From a virus (Duplodnaviria > Caudoviricetes): 64,000 nt of DNA. The number at the start of each line of letters is the position of its first letter. Position 1 is the stretch's first letter. Positions 31,706-40,267 of this stretch are shown here, in pieces. Below the pieces are notes generated by a model. The model worked only from the letters and a program-made list of their open reading frames with translations. It searched no databases and had not been told where the DNA came from. The stretch lies in the IMG/VR virus record IMGVR_UViG_3300043447_000250, positions 1 to 64,000 of that record, one strand, 5' to 3'. The position numbers and the translations under genes are program-made.

Positions 31706-32718
31706 TGACCGTAACAATTGAAGATGTACTGGCTCAACTTAATCCTAAGTTGCGTAAGACTATTATGTCTGGTGATTCTATACCACCAACAGAATATGCA
31801 ATCACCCCTAGTGTCGGTCTGAACCGTGCTCTAAACGGTGGACTGCCCTATGGTAGGCAAGTACTCATTTGGGGCTCAAAGTCGTCTGCAAAGTCCTCTC
31901 TATGCCTCCAGATGATTGGTCTGGCACAGAAGGAAGGAAAGATCTGTGCTTGGATTGATGCTGAAATGTCATATGATAAGTCTTGGGCTGAAAAACTTGG
32001 GGTAGATACTTCAAAGTTGATCGTATCTCAGTGCAGAACTATTAATGAAATGGTAGATATTGGCACTAGCCTAATGCAGGCTGGAGTAGATATGATTGTT
32101 GTTGACTCAATCACATCATTGCTACCAGCAATTTATTTTGAAAAGGATTCAGATGAACTCAAGCAACTTGAAAACACAAAACAAATTGGTGCAGAGTCTC
32201 GTGACTTTAGCAACGCATGGAAGATGATTAACTATGCTAATAATAAAGTTAAGCCAACTCTGTTTGTCCTTATTAGTCAAAGTCGTAATAATATTTCTGC
32301 TATGTATACTAGCCAGCAGCCTACTGGTGGTCAGGCTACTAAGTTCTATTCTTCAACAGTTATTAAACTGTTTTCGTCAGAATCAGATAATCAAGCAATT
32401 AAGGGTAAGATTCACGTTGGTGACAAACTTATTGAAGAAAAGATTGGTCGCAAAGTTCGTTGGGAATTACAGTTCTCTAAGACATCGCCTGGTTTCCAAA
32501 GCGGAGAATATGATTTTTATTTCCGTGGAGACGATGTTGGTATTGATAGTATTGGCGACCTTGTTGACACTGCTGAGTTGGCGGGACTAGTTAATCGAAC
32601 TGGTGCTTGGTATCAACTAGAAGATGGCACAAAGGTACAGGGTAGAGAAGGTTTTGTTAACCGTGTCAAGGAAGACTTGGATTTGCAAGATAGCCTAAGA
32701 AAGCAACTCAATGGCTAA
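31705..32718 (+). CDS. recA: RecA-family recombinase
   Basis: LNGGLPYGR, GSKSSAKS, WIDAE, VVDSI, GGQATKFYSS, GAWY. Confidence 0.93.
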   Translation: MTVTIEDVLAQLNPKLRKTIMSGDSIPPTEYAITPSVGLNRALNGGLPYGRQVLIWGSKSSAKSSLCLQMIGLAQKEGKICAWIDAEMSYDKSWAEKLGVDTSKLIVSQCRTINEMVDIGTSLMQAGVDMIVVDSITSLLPAIYFEKDSDELKQLENTKQIGAESRDFSNAWKMINYANNKVKPTLFVLISQSRNNISAMYTSQQPTGGQATKFYSSTVIKLFSSESDNQAIKGKIHVGDKLIEEKIGRKVRWELQFSKTSPGFQSGEYDFYFRGDDVGIDSIGDLVDTAELAGLVNRTGAWYQLEDGTKVQGREGFVNRVKEDLDLQDSLRKQLNG

Positions 32719-32887
32719 CTATACTGTTTATAATGGTCAGTTCTTATGTCATACCTGCAAGGTGGAGGTAAAAACTTTAAGACTATATCCAGATACAAAA
32801 ATTGCAACATGGATGTGCAAAGATAAGCACTTAACAAGTGTTAGTTTTAATAAGAGAAAGAAGAGTGATTTTGAGCGAGAGGAGTGA
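32711..32887 (+). CDS. Small Zn-binding protein (58 aa; not in the ORF track)
   Basis: Translated by hand: MANYTVYNGQFLCHTCKVEV...WMCKDKH; fills the gap between recA and the resolvase. Confidence 0.6.
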   Translation: MANYTVYNGQFLCHTCKVEVKTLRLYPDTKIATWMCKDKHLTSVSFNKRKKSDFEREE

Positions 32888-33158
32888 GTCTAAGCGCATC
32901 GGCGCAAAGCAACACAAGAACTCAGGACGAAACACTCACAAGGGGGATGCTACTTGGAGAAATTTTACGGTTGACTTCAAAGAGTACCCAAAAGGCATTA
33001 CCATTAGCAAAGAGATTTGGGCTAAGGCTGTTACTGATGCTATCAGGAACGGTAATGATCCAGCAATATTTTTGGTACTAGGCGAGGGTAATGCCAAGGT
33101 AAGACTTGCAGTAATAGAGGTGGACATGCTAGAGCAACTAACTGAGGAGGAATCATGA
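32871..33158 (+). CDS. Hjc-like PD-(D/E)XK resolvase
   Basis: SGR..KGD...VDFKE motif; probable TTG start. Confidence 0.65.
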   Translation: MSERSESKRIGAKQHKNSGRNTHKGDATWRNFTVDFKEYPKGITISKEIWAKAVTDAIRNGNDPAIFLVLGEGNAKVRLAVIEVDMLEQLTEEES

Positions 33159-33460
33159 CAGAACAACAAACAACTTTAGAGATGGTAAACGGTCTTGCAG
33201 AAATTGCAGAGTATATGGATGACAAAGAGTTGACGGAGGCGCTTACTTTTATTGCCAAGATTATTATTAAGCCAGATATCCCTACTCAGGTTGCTACCAT
33301 AGAGATAGTCCGACTACAGGCAATCGCAGCAAAGATGTCCTTGAAGGCTACTTGGATGGCTAATGTGGACAAGTCTGATCGTGGAAAGAAGAATCTTTAC
33401 TATACTTCAGCAGAAGCAATAAATAATCTAGTCTCTGCTTTAAAGTACATAACCCGATAA
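33155..33460 (+). CDS. Hypothetical helical protein
   Basis: SD GAGGAGG; coupled to the previous gene. Confidence 0.6.
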   Translation: MTEQQTTLEMVNGLAEIAEYMDDKELTEALTFIAKIIIKPDIPTQVATIEIVRLQAIAAKMSLKATWMANVDKSDRGKKNLYYTSAEAINNLVSALKYITR

Positions 33461-33495
33461 TCTGCTATACTTATACTAATAGAAACGAGAAACAA

Positions 33496-34293
33496 ATGAC
33501 AAAAAGTTTATTACAGCAGGTTATGTTGAAGAGAGAACCAAAGCGAGAGTCCTTCCTTGATACTGACGCCTTAATTGAAAAAATTAATTCTGGCTATACT
33601 GTTAACAGAGTTGACAAGCATACACAGAAGAAAACGTTTGCTCCATCAACAATTGCTTACTCTCATGGAGAGTGCCCAAGATATTGGTACCTAGCATTTG
33701 ATGGTCAAACATTCGAAGACAATGCAGATGCATACGGTGCTGCTAACATGACAGCAGGAACGAAGTCTCACGAAAGAATTCAAGAAGCCATGGCAAATGT
33801 GCCAGATGGATTCTTAGTCGACTCAGAATTTAAAATTACTTATCCTGACCCACCGATCTTTGGGTATGGTGATGTAATGCTTAACTGGGAAGGCGAAGAA
33901 CTTCTTGGTGAAATCAAGACAATGCTTAACGAAGGGTTCGAGTATCGTAAGGCTGCAATGAAGCCAAAGACAGGCCACCTAATACAGTTGCTTATCTATA
34001 TGAAGATTCTAAAGAAAGCAAAAGCAGTACTAATTTATGAGAACAAAAATAATCACGAACTGCTGGTTTTGCCAGTAGAAGTAAACGATCATTACCGTCG
34101 GTGGGTAGACCAGGCATTTGATTGGATGCGAGAAGTTCGCAAGGCATGGACAGATAGAACCATTCCTAAGAAGAATTATAGATCAAATTCAAAGATCTGT
34201 AAGACTTGTCCAATTCAAAAGGCTTGTGCATCAGCAGATGCAGGAGACATTAAAATTAATTCTCTGGAGCCATTGAAAGATGAAACATTGTAA
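33496..34293 (+). CDS. Cas4/RecB-like exonuclease
   Basis: CPRYWY, GTKSHE, GYGD...EIKT, QLLIY, C-terminal CKTCP...C Fe-S-type cysteines; upstream TGCTATACT at 33463. Confidence 0.85.
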   Translation: MTKSLLQQVMLKREPKRESFLDTDALIEKINSGYTVNRVDKHTQKKTFAPSTIAYSHGECPRYWYLAFDGQTFEDNADAYGAANMTAGTKSHERIQEAMANVPDGFLVDSEFKITYPDPPIFGYGDVMLNWEGEELLGEIKTMLNEGFEYRKAAMKPKTGHLIQLLIYMKILKKAKAVLIYENKNNHELLVLPVEVNDHYRRWVDQAFDWMREVRKAWTDRTIPKKNYRSNSKICKTCPIQKACASADAGDIKINSLEPLKDETL

Positions 34294-34564
34294 TTGGTGC
34301 GATTCGCAGTTTGAGACTTCAATAAGTTATCAAATCTATTGTTCGCAAGAATGTAGAGAGTCTGCTACAAAAGAAAAGATTGCTGCTAGGTATATCCATA
34401 TACGAAGGCAAAAGCGTAAAGATAAAGATAGAAGGTGCAAGTCTTGCAACAACAAACTTTCTATCTACAACGATGAGTCTTTGTGTATGGAATGTACCAT
34501 CAATCCTACAGATGTAACTAAGACATTAAAGCAGATCAAGAGGTTGATAAATGGTACAGAATAA
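34280..34564 (+). CDS. Cys-rich zinc-finger protein
   Basis: CNWC, YCSQEC, CKSC, CMEC. Confidence 0.65.
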   Translation: MKHCNWCDSQFETSISYQIYCSQECRESATKEKIAARYIHIRRQKRKDKDRRCKSCNNKLSIYNDESLCMECTINPTDVTKTLKQIKRLINGTE

Positions 34565-35141
34565 GTGGGGCATTGAGGTCCAGCCAGAAAGAATTTGTGC
34601 TATTGACGCTAGTACAAATAGTCTTGCGTATGCTACCTTTCATGGAGGACACCTAAAAGAGGTTGGCAAAATTAACTTTGAAGGTAAAGATATTTATGAG
34701 AAGGTTATTGATGCTGGGAGAAAGTCTAGAGGTTTGTTTGAGCATATTGTAAATGTAGATGCAATTGTTATTGAGCATACAGTATTCATGAATAGTCCTA
34801 AGACCGCTGCTGACCTTGCATTAGTTCAAGGTGCCCTTCTCGGTGCAGCAGGTCAGTCAGGGATTAGAACCATTGGTAAGGTTGCTCCAATTACCTGGCA
34901 AAACTTTATTGGCAATAAGAAGATTTCTAAGGATGAAAAACTATATATTAAATCACAGAATCCTGGAAAGTCTGAATCATGGCTTAAGGGGTATGAGAGA
35001 GAGTTGCGAAAGCAGAGAACAATTAACTTTATTAACATCCAGTATGATAAGGCTATCACTGATAATGATGTGGCAGATGCTTGTGGTATTGGTCATTGGG
35101 CTGTAAAGAACTGGGGCAAAGCAATGGGAGTTGACAAATAA
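34551..35141 (+). CDS. RuvC-like Holliday junction resolvase
   Basis: ICAIDAST, IVIEH, DNDVADACGIG. Confidence 0.8.
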   Translation: MVQNKWGIEVQPERICAIDASTNSLAYATFHGGHLKEVGKINFEGKDIYEKVIDAGRKSRGLFEHIVNVDAIVIEHTVFMNSPKTAADLALVQGALLGAAGQSGIRTIGKVAPITWQNFIGNKKISKDEKLYIKSQNPGKSESWLKGYERELRKQRTINFINIQYDKAITDNDVADACGIGHWAVKNWGKAMGVDK

Positions 35142-35145
35142 TACC

Positions 35146-35301
35146 ATGGCTGCTAAACTATATACATCAGAGGCTTTTATGCGTAAGCGTTATCTTATGG
35201 ATAAGAAGACTCCAGAAGAAATTGCAAAGGAGTGCGGTGTGAGTCTAGAGACAATCTATGTATACCTTGCAAAGTTTGGTTTAAGGAAGTCAAAAAGATG
35301 A
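35146..35301 (+). CDS. Small HTH protein (51 aa; not in the ORF track)
   Basis: Translated by hand: KTPEEIAKECGVSLETIYVYLAKFGL. Confidence 0.7.
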   Translation: MAAKLYTSEAFMRKRYLMDKKTPEEIAKECGVSLETIYVYLAKFGLRKSKR

Positions 35302-35927
35302 GCATAAAAGACAATAACCATATTGCTAAAAGTTTCTTTACACCAGAAGAAGTTCTAGAGTTGAAGAAGATAATTTACTCTTACTATAACTCAAGACCAA
35401 AAGCACCAGTAGATTTAGATAAAATAAAAACAGATGGATATCCAAAAGATACAGTAATGATTCAAGACTGGTCTGGAAGATCTAGTTTTAGAATAACAGA
35501 CATGCTACCAAGTAACATTATTAAAAAGTTAGAAGACTATGTTGAGGGCTATGGAGCAGAACTTGACTGGTATAGTTTTACATTTGTTAGGTATTCAAAT
35601 GAGTTCGGAACTCCAAATCTTGGCCCGCATCTAGATGAGCATGATACAAACTTTACTATTGACTATCAGTTAGAGTCAAACACATCTTGGAGTGTTGTTG
35701 TAGAAGGTAAAGAGTATGATTTGTCAGATAACGATGCAGCCGTCTTCAGTCCATCTGAGCAGGTTCATTGGAGAAATCCAAAAAGGTTTGCAGATGGAGA
35801 GTATGTAGATATGATTTTGTTTTATTTTACAGTAAAGTCAAACTCAAAAAAGTTGACAGTTGAAGAAAAGATAAAAATATCAAGTCAGTATCAGTCTAGT
35901 TATTTTAAAAAAGTGGAGGAACTATGA
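35298..35927 (+). CDS. 2OG-Fe(II) oxygenase-like protein
   Basis: PHLD...H-W-R double-stranded beta-helix motif. Confidence 0.7.
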   Translation: MSIKDNNHIAKSFFTPEEVLELKKIIYSYYNSRPKAPVDLDKIKTDGYPKDTVMIQDWSGRSSFRITDMLPSNIIKKLEDYVEGYGAELDWYSFTFVRYSNEFGTPNLGPHLDEHDTNFTIDYQLESNTSWSVVVEGKEYDLSDNDAAVFSPSEQVHWRNPKRFADGEYVDMILFYFTVKSNSKKLTVEEKIKISSQYQSSYFKKVEEL

Positions 35928-36166
35928 ACGATAAGTTTGTAATTACAGTAGATCAGGTCAATCATCCAGAGCACTACACTAGTGATCCTTCAGGGATTGA
36001 GTGTATTCAGATTACCCGTCATCGTAACTTTAATATTGGTAATGCCTTTAAGTACCTTTGGAGGGCAGGACTCAAAGATGAGTCGAAGACAATTCAAGAC
36101 CTTGAGAAGGCAATTTTCTATATTAAGGATGAGATAAATAGACTAGAGGGAAAGTATGACAACTGA
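35924..36166 (+). CDS. DUF3310/SaV-like protein
   Basis: DQVNHPEHY..IECI..GNAFKYLWRAGLK..QDLEKAIFY. Confidence 0.85.
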   Translation: MNDKFVITVDQVNHPEHYTSDPSGIECIQITRHRNFNIGNAFKYLWRAGLKDESKTIQDLEKAIFYIKDEINRLEGKYDN

Positions 36167-36689
36167 GCAAGACTTAATTAACCATTTAGATCAGGTAAAC
36201 CTAGTTGTTGAAGAGTACTTAAAGGGTAATGACCCAACACAAATCTCAAAACAGTTAACGATTCCAAGACAAAGAGTCGTCGCCTACATTGATGAGTGGA
36301 AGGTCAGCGCATCCAATAATGCTGCTATCCGTGCTCGTGCAAAAGAAGCCCTTGCAGGGGCAGACCAGCACTATGGTATTTTGATTTCAAAATCTTACGA
36401 AGTGATTGATGAAGCATCTATGACTAACAACCTTAGTGCAAAGACTGCTGCAATTAAACTTGTTATGGATATTGAGTCTAAGAGAATTGATATGCTACAG
36501 AAGGCTGGCTTGTTGGAGAACAAGGAGTTGGCTGATGAGATGATACAGATTGAGAAGCGTCAGGAAGTTCTTGTTGGAATTCTGAAGGATATTGCTTCTA
36601 CTCATCCAGAGGTAAGAGACTTAATCATGAGAAGACTTTCTTCAATATCAAAAGAAGATGAAGTTATAACAGTGGTGGCAGATGTTTGA
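36156..36689 (+). CDS. Probable terminase small subunit
   Basis: N-terminal HTH plus coiled helices; overlaps the TerL start. Confidence 0.6.
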   Translation: MTTEQDLINHLDQVNLVVEEYLKGNDPTQISKQLTIPRQRVVAYIDEWKVSASNNAAIRARAKEALAGADQHYGILISKSYEVIDEASMTNNLSAKTAAIKLVMDIESKRIDMLQKAGLLENKELADEMIQIEKRQEVLVGILKDIASTHPEVRDLIMRRLSSISKEDEVITVVADV

Positions 36690-38451
36690 TGACTTCTTAG
36701 AGGCACTTAAAGATAATAACTTTAAGGAAATGCCAGTAAATGCTAAGACTTTTGTTGAAGGCGAAGACTACCTTGGTCAGCCACCACTATCAGACGTCCA
36801 GTATGACATCGTTGAGGCCATGAGCCAGATATATAAACTAGAAGATGTTATTGAAATTCTGGGGGAAACAGAAGGAACTAGGTATTATAAGAAGTATACA
36901 AAGAATGAGATTATTCTGCAACTTGGCAAGGGATCTGGAAAAGACTTCACATCTACAGTAGCATGTGCATACATTGTATACAAACTTCTATGCTTAAAGG
37001 ATCCAGCAAGATACTTTGGAAAGCCTTCTGGAGATGCTATTGATATTATTAACGTGGCTATTAACGCTCAACAGGCTAAGAATGTTTTCTTTAAAGGTTT
37101 TAAAACAAAGATTGAAAGATCCCCATGGTTTGCAGGAAAGTTTAACGCTAAGGCTGAATCTATTGAGTTTGATGATTCTATCACTGTTTATTCTGGTCAC
37201 TCAGAACGTGAATCTCATGAGGGTTTGAACCTTATCCTTGCGGTTCTTGACGAGATTTCTGGCTTTGCACAAGAGGTAGGAACTGGCAACGAGCAGGGTA
37301 AGACTGCTGACAATATCTATAAAGCATTCCGTGCATCTGTAGACTCTCGTTTCCCAGACCTTGGAAAGGTTGCACTACTTTCATTCCCTCGTTATCCTGG
37401 AGACTTTATCTCTCAGAAATACGATGATGTTATTGCTGAGAAAGAAGTAATCAACTATACCCATAAGTTTATTATGAATCCAGATCTTCCAGAAGATGCT
37501 ACTGGTAACTCCCTTGAAATCAATTGGGATGAAGATACTATTGTGTCTTACAAATACCCAGGAGTGTTTGCACTTAAGCGTCCAACATGGATTGTAAACC
37601 CTACAAGAAAGATTGATGACTTTAAGTTAGCATTCTACACAGATCTTGGTGATGCTATGCAACGCTTTGCCTGTGTTCCTACATACTCATCAGATGCATT
37701 CTTCAAACAGATTGAAAAAGTTAGAACATGTATGACATTGAGAAACCCTCTTGATCAGTTTAGAAGATTTGATGAAACCTTTAAGCCAGATCCAGATAAG
37801 ACATATTATATTCACGCTGACCTTGCCCAGAAGCATGACAAGTGTGCGGTAGCAATTGCACATGTGGATAAGTGGGTAAATATTCAGGTAATTAAAGATT
37901 ATGCACAGGTAGCCCCAGTAGTTGTAGTAGATGCAGTTGCGTACTGGGAACCAAAAGTAGAAGGCCCTGTAAACCTTTCAGAGGTCAAGCAGTGGATTCA
38001 AAACCTTCGTAGGCTTGGCTTTAACATTGGCATGGTCTCATTTGACCGCTGGCAGTCGTTTGATATTCAAAATGAATTAAAGCAGGTTGGAATGAGAACT
38101 GAGACTGTTTCTGTTGCAAAAAAGCACTATGAAGATATGGCTATGCTTGTATATGAGGAAAGACTTGCTATGCCAGCAATTGATCTTTTGTTTGAAGAAC
38201 TTACAGAACTTAAGATTATGAAAAATAATAGAGTTGACCACCCACGAAAATCTTCCAAGGACTTGGCGGACGCCGTGTGTGGAGCAATCTTTGGGGCCAT
38301 TTCTCATACCCCAAAGGATTTAAATCAAGAGATAGAAATTCATACTTTTAGAGATCGACCACGAGTTGACACCTCTAAAGATAATGTGATAGAATATAAA
38401 CCTATGCCAGATGATGTAAAAGATTATTTGGATAGATTCAATCTAATATAA
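36682..38451 (+). CDS. Terminase large subunit
   Basis: Walker A GKGSGKD, Walker B VLDE, nuclease HADLA...DRWQS...DHP..SKDLADA. Confidence 0.9.
   Translation: MFDDFLEALKDNNFKEMPVNAKTFVEGEDYLGQPPLSDVQYDIVEAMSQIYKLEDVIEILGETEGTRYYKKYTKNEIILQLGKGSGKDFTSTVACAYIVYKLLCLKDPARYFGKPSGDAIDIINVAINAQQAKNVFFKGFKTKIERSPWFAGKFNAKAESIEFDDSITVYSGHSERESHEGLNLILAVLDEISGFAQEVGTGNEQGKTADNIYKAFRASVDSRFPDLGKVALLSFPRYPGDFISQKYDDVIAEKEVINYTHKFIMNPDLPEDATGNSLEINWDEDTIVSYKYPGVFALKRPTWIVNPTRKIDDFKLAFYTDLGDAMQRFACVPTYSSDAFFKQIEKVRTCMTLRNPLDQFRRFDETFKPDPDKTYYIHADLAQKHDKCAVAIAHVDKWVNIQVIKDYAQVAPVVVVDAVAYWEPKVEGPVNLSEVKQWIQNLRRLGFNIGMVSFDRWQSFDIQNELKQVGMRTETVSVAKKHYEDMAMLVYEERLAMPAIDLLFEELTELKIMKNNRVDHPRKSSKDLADAVCGAIFGAISHTPKDLNQEIEIHTFRDRPRVDTSKDNVIEYKPMPDDVKDYLDRFNLI
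38366..38395 (+). promoter_or_regulatory. Promoter for the secreted-protein gene
   Basis: TTGACA-18 nt-TAGAAT with TG extension, inside the 3' end of terL. Confidence 0.55.
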
Positions 38452-38467
38452 AAGAAGAGGAAAATAA

Positions 38468-40162
38468 ATGAATTCATTTAAGAAAATCGCCCTAGGTCTT
38501 GCTGCAGCAATGTCATTTGGCGTAATGTCAGCACTTCCGACAAGTGCTGCTGTGAATGCACCAACTCTTACTATTGACTCAGCAACCGATGCTGTATCAA
38601 CAGGTGAGTCTGCAACTGCAGTAGTAACATTGTCATTTGTGTCACAAACATCAGCAGATACGGCAACAATCATTTCTGCAATGTTCACACAGCCAACAGG
38701 TTCAGCAAAGTCTGCAACCTTCTCACTACTTGAGACATCTACAGCAACTGCAGCAATTGCAGGTAACCGTGTCTCAGCAGATGTTAACTCAACAGTTAAC
38801 ACACCAACATATGTAACAGCAAAGTTCTTGGTAACTTTGGATACCCCAGCGGTAGCAGGTTCATATGAGGCTCGTATTCTTACTACAAGCCCAATCAATG
38901 GTCCATCAGTAACATGGACTGTAACAGTTAAGGCAGCGGACCTAACACCTGCAGCCTCAACTACAACATCAATTCTTAATAAAGGTGAGACAGTTTCTGC
39001 AACAGCAGATGAGGCAGTCTATGCTCCAAAGGCAACTGCAACAGATGCAGCAGCAGTTATCGCTGTTACACCTAAGAACGCAGCAGGTGGATCTGCAACT
39101 GAGTCAATCCTTGCAACTGTAACAGGTTCAGGACTTATTGGTTACGGAACAAACCCTGCAACAATCTCAGCACAGGGTCGTGCACTTGTAATCCCAACAG
39201 GAAATCACATTGGTGTATTTGCTGACGGTACAGCGGGAGTATCAACAATTACTCTTACAACACTTACAGGTACAGTAATTGCAACAGAGAAGGTCACATT
39301 CTATGGTGATATTGCTTCAATCGTTGCAACACCAGTTAAGTCTGTTATTGCAGCAGGCTCAAATGTTTCAGTAGTTAAGGCAGTTGCATACGATGCATCA
39401 GGCGTAACAGTTGGAGCAGGAACACTTAATGCTTACTCAAGCGATATCTCTGTAGTATCTGATTCAGGTACAGCAGCAACTATCGTTAATGGCGAAGCAG
39501 TGTTCACACTTACTGGTGTAAAGGCTGGAGGAGTTGCTCTTACAGTTAAGGCAGGAACAGTTGCTGCAATCGCAGTTCCAGTTCGTGTTGAGGGTACACT
39601 TTCAGCAGTTAAGATTGCATTTGATAAGTCTGAGTATCTTCCAGGAGAAGCAGCAACAATTACTGTAACTCCAGTTGATGCAGCAGGACTTCCATTGTCT
39701 GCAAAGACACATGCAAATCTTTTTGCAACAGGTGGAATCACTTCATCTTATGCATTTGGATCAGGCTCAGATGTTATTACTGGAGTTTCTGTAACAACAG
39801 ACACATCAACAGTTAAGACATTCAAGGTATTCATGCCATTGACTGAGACAGAAGTTAAGGTAACTGCAACTGGTGGAACTTCACTTCCACTTGCTGGACA
39901 GGTAGAAGTATCTGCAACAGCAAAGGTTACAAACAAGGCATCAGATGCAGCAAAGGAAGCAGCAGAGGCTGCAAAGGCTGCAACACTAGCAGCAGAAGCA
40001 GCAACTAAGGCTGCTGATGCAGCAACACTTAAGGCACAGGAAGCAGTAACAGCAGTTGCTACTCTATCTGCACAAGTTGCTACATTAATCGCTTCACTTA
40101 AGAAGCAGATTACATCACTTACCGCACTGGTCGTAAAGATCCAGAAGAAGGTAAAGGCATAA
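38468..40162 (+). CDS. Secreted Ig-like/S-layer-like surface protein
   Basis: Signal peptide MNSFKKIALGLAAAMSFGVMSALPTSA; A/T/V-rich beta repeats; C-terminal coiled coil ending IASLKKQITSLTALVVKIQKKVKA. Confidence 0.75.
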   Translation: MNSFKKIALGLAAAMSFGVMSALPTSAAVNAPTLTIDSATDAVSTGESATAVVTLSFVSQTSADTATIISAMFTQPTGSAKSATFSLLETSTATAAIAGNRVSADVNSTVNTPTYVTAKFLVTLDTPAVAGSYEARILTTSPINGPSVTWTVTVKAADLTPAASTTTSILNKGETVSATADEAVYAPKATATDAAAVIAVTPKNAAGGSATESILATVTGSGLIGYGTNPATISAQGRALVIPTGNHIGVFADGTAGVSTITLTTLTGTVIATEKVTFYGDIASIVATPVKSVIAAGSNVSVVKAVAYDASGVTVGAGTLNAYSSDISVVSDSGTAATIVNGEAVFTLTGVKAGGVALTVKAGTVAAIAVPVRVEGTLSAVKIAFDKSEYLPGEAATITVTPVDAAGLPLSAKTHANLFATGGITSSYAFGSGSDVITGVSVTTDTSTVKTFKVFMPLTETEVKVTATGGTSLPLAGQVEVSATAKVTNKASDAAKEAAEAAKAATLAAEAATKAADAATLKAQEAVTAVATLSAQVATLIASLKKQITSLTALVVKIQKKVKA

Positions 40163-40179
40163 ACTAAGCCAACAACTAA

Positions 40180-40210
40180 GGGGGTTAGCCTAGTGCTAGC
40201 CCTCTTTTTT
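40180..40210 (+). terminator. Rho-independent terminator
   Basis: GGGGGTTAGC-ctagt-GCTAGCCCTC followed by a T-run. Confidence 0.8.
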
Positions 40211-40221
40211 GTGCAATAAAA

Positions 40222-40230
40222 TGGTATAAT
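40222..40230 (+). promoter_or_regulatory. Extended -10 promoter
   Basis: TGGTATAAT right after the terminator. Confidence 0.65.
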
Positions 40231-40267
40231 CATCCTATCAGACATCCTGTCTGCAAGGGGGAAGGTT

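Noticed and set aside
33496-34293. Cas4 as a sign of a CRISPR system
   Set aside because: No repeat-spacer array or other cas genes seen; stand-alone Cas4-like nucleases are common in phage recombination modules
35232-35297. Tracked start of the oxygenase at 35232
   Set aside because: It overlaps an HTH gene (35146..35301); ATG 35298 gives the usual ATGA coupling
28120-38451. Inteins or introns in dnaE, recA and terL
   Set aside because: Lengths are ordinary, ORFs are continuous, and no splicing or LAGLIDADG motifs were seen
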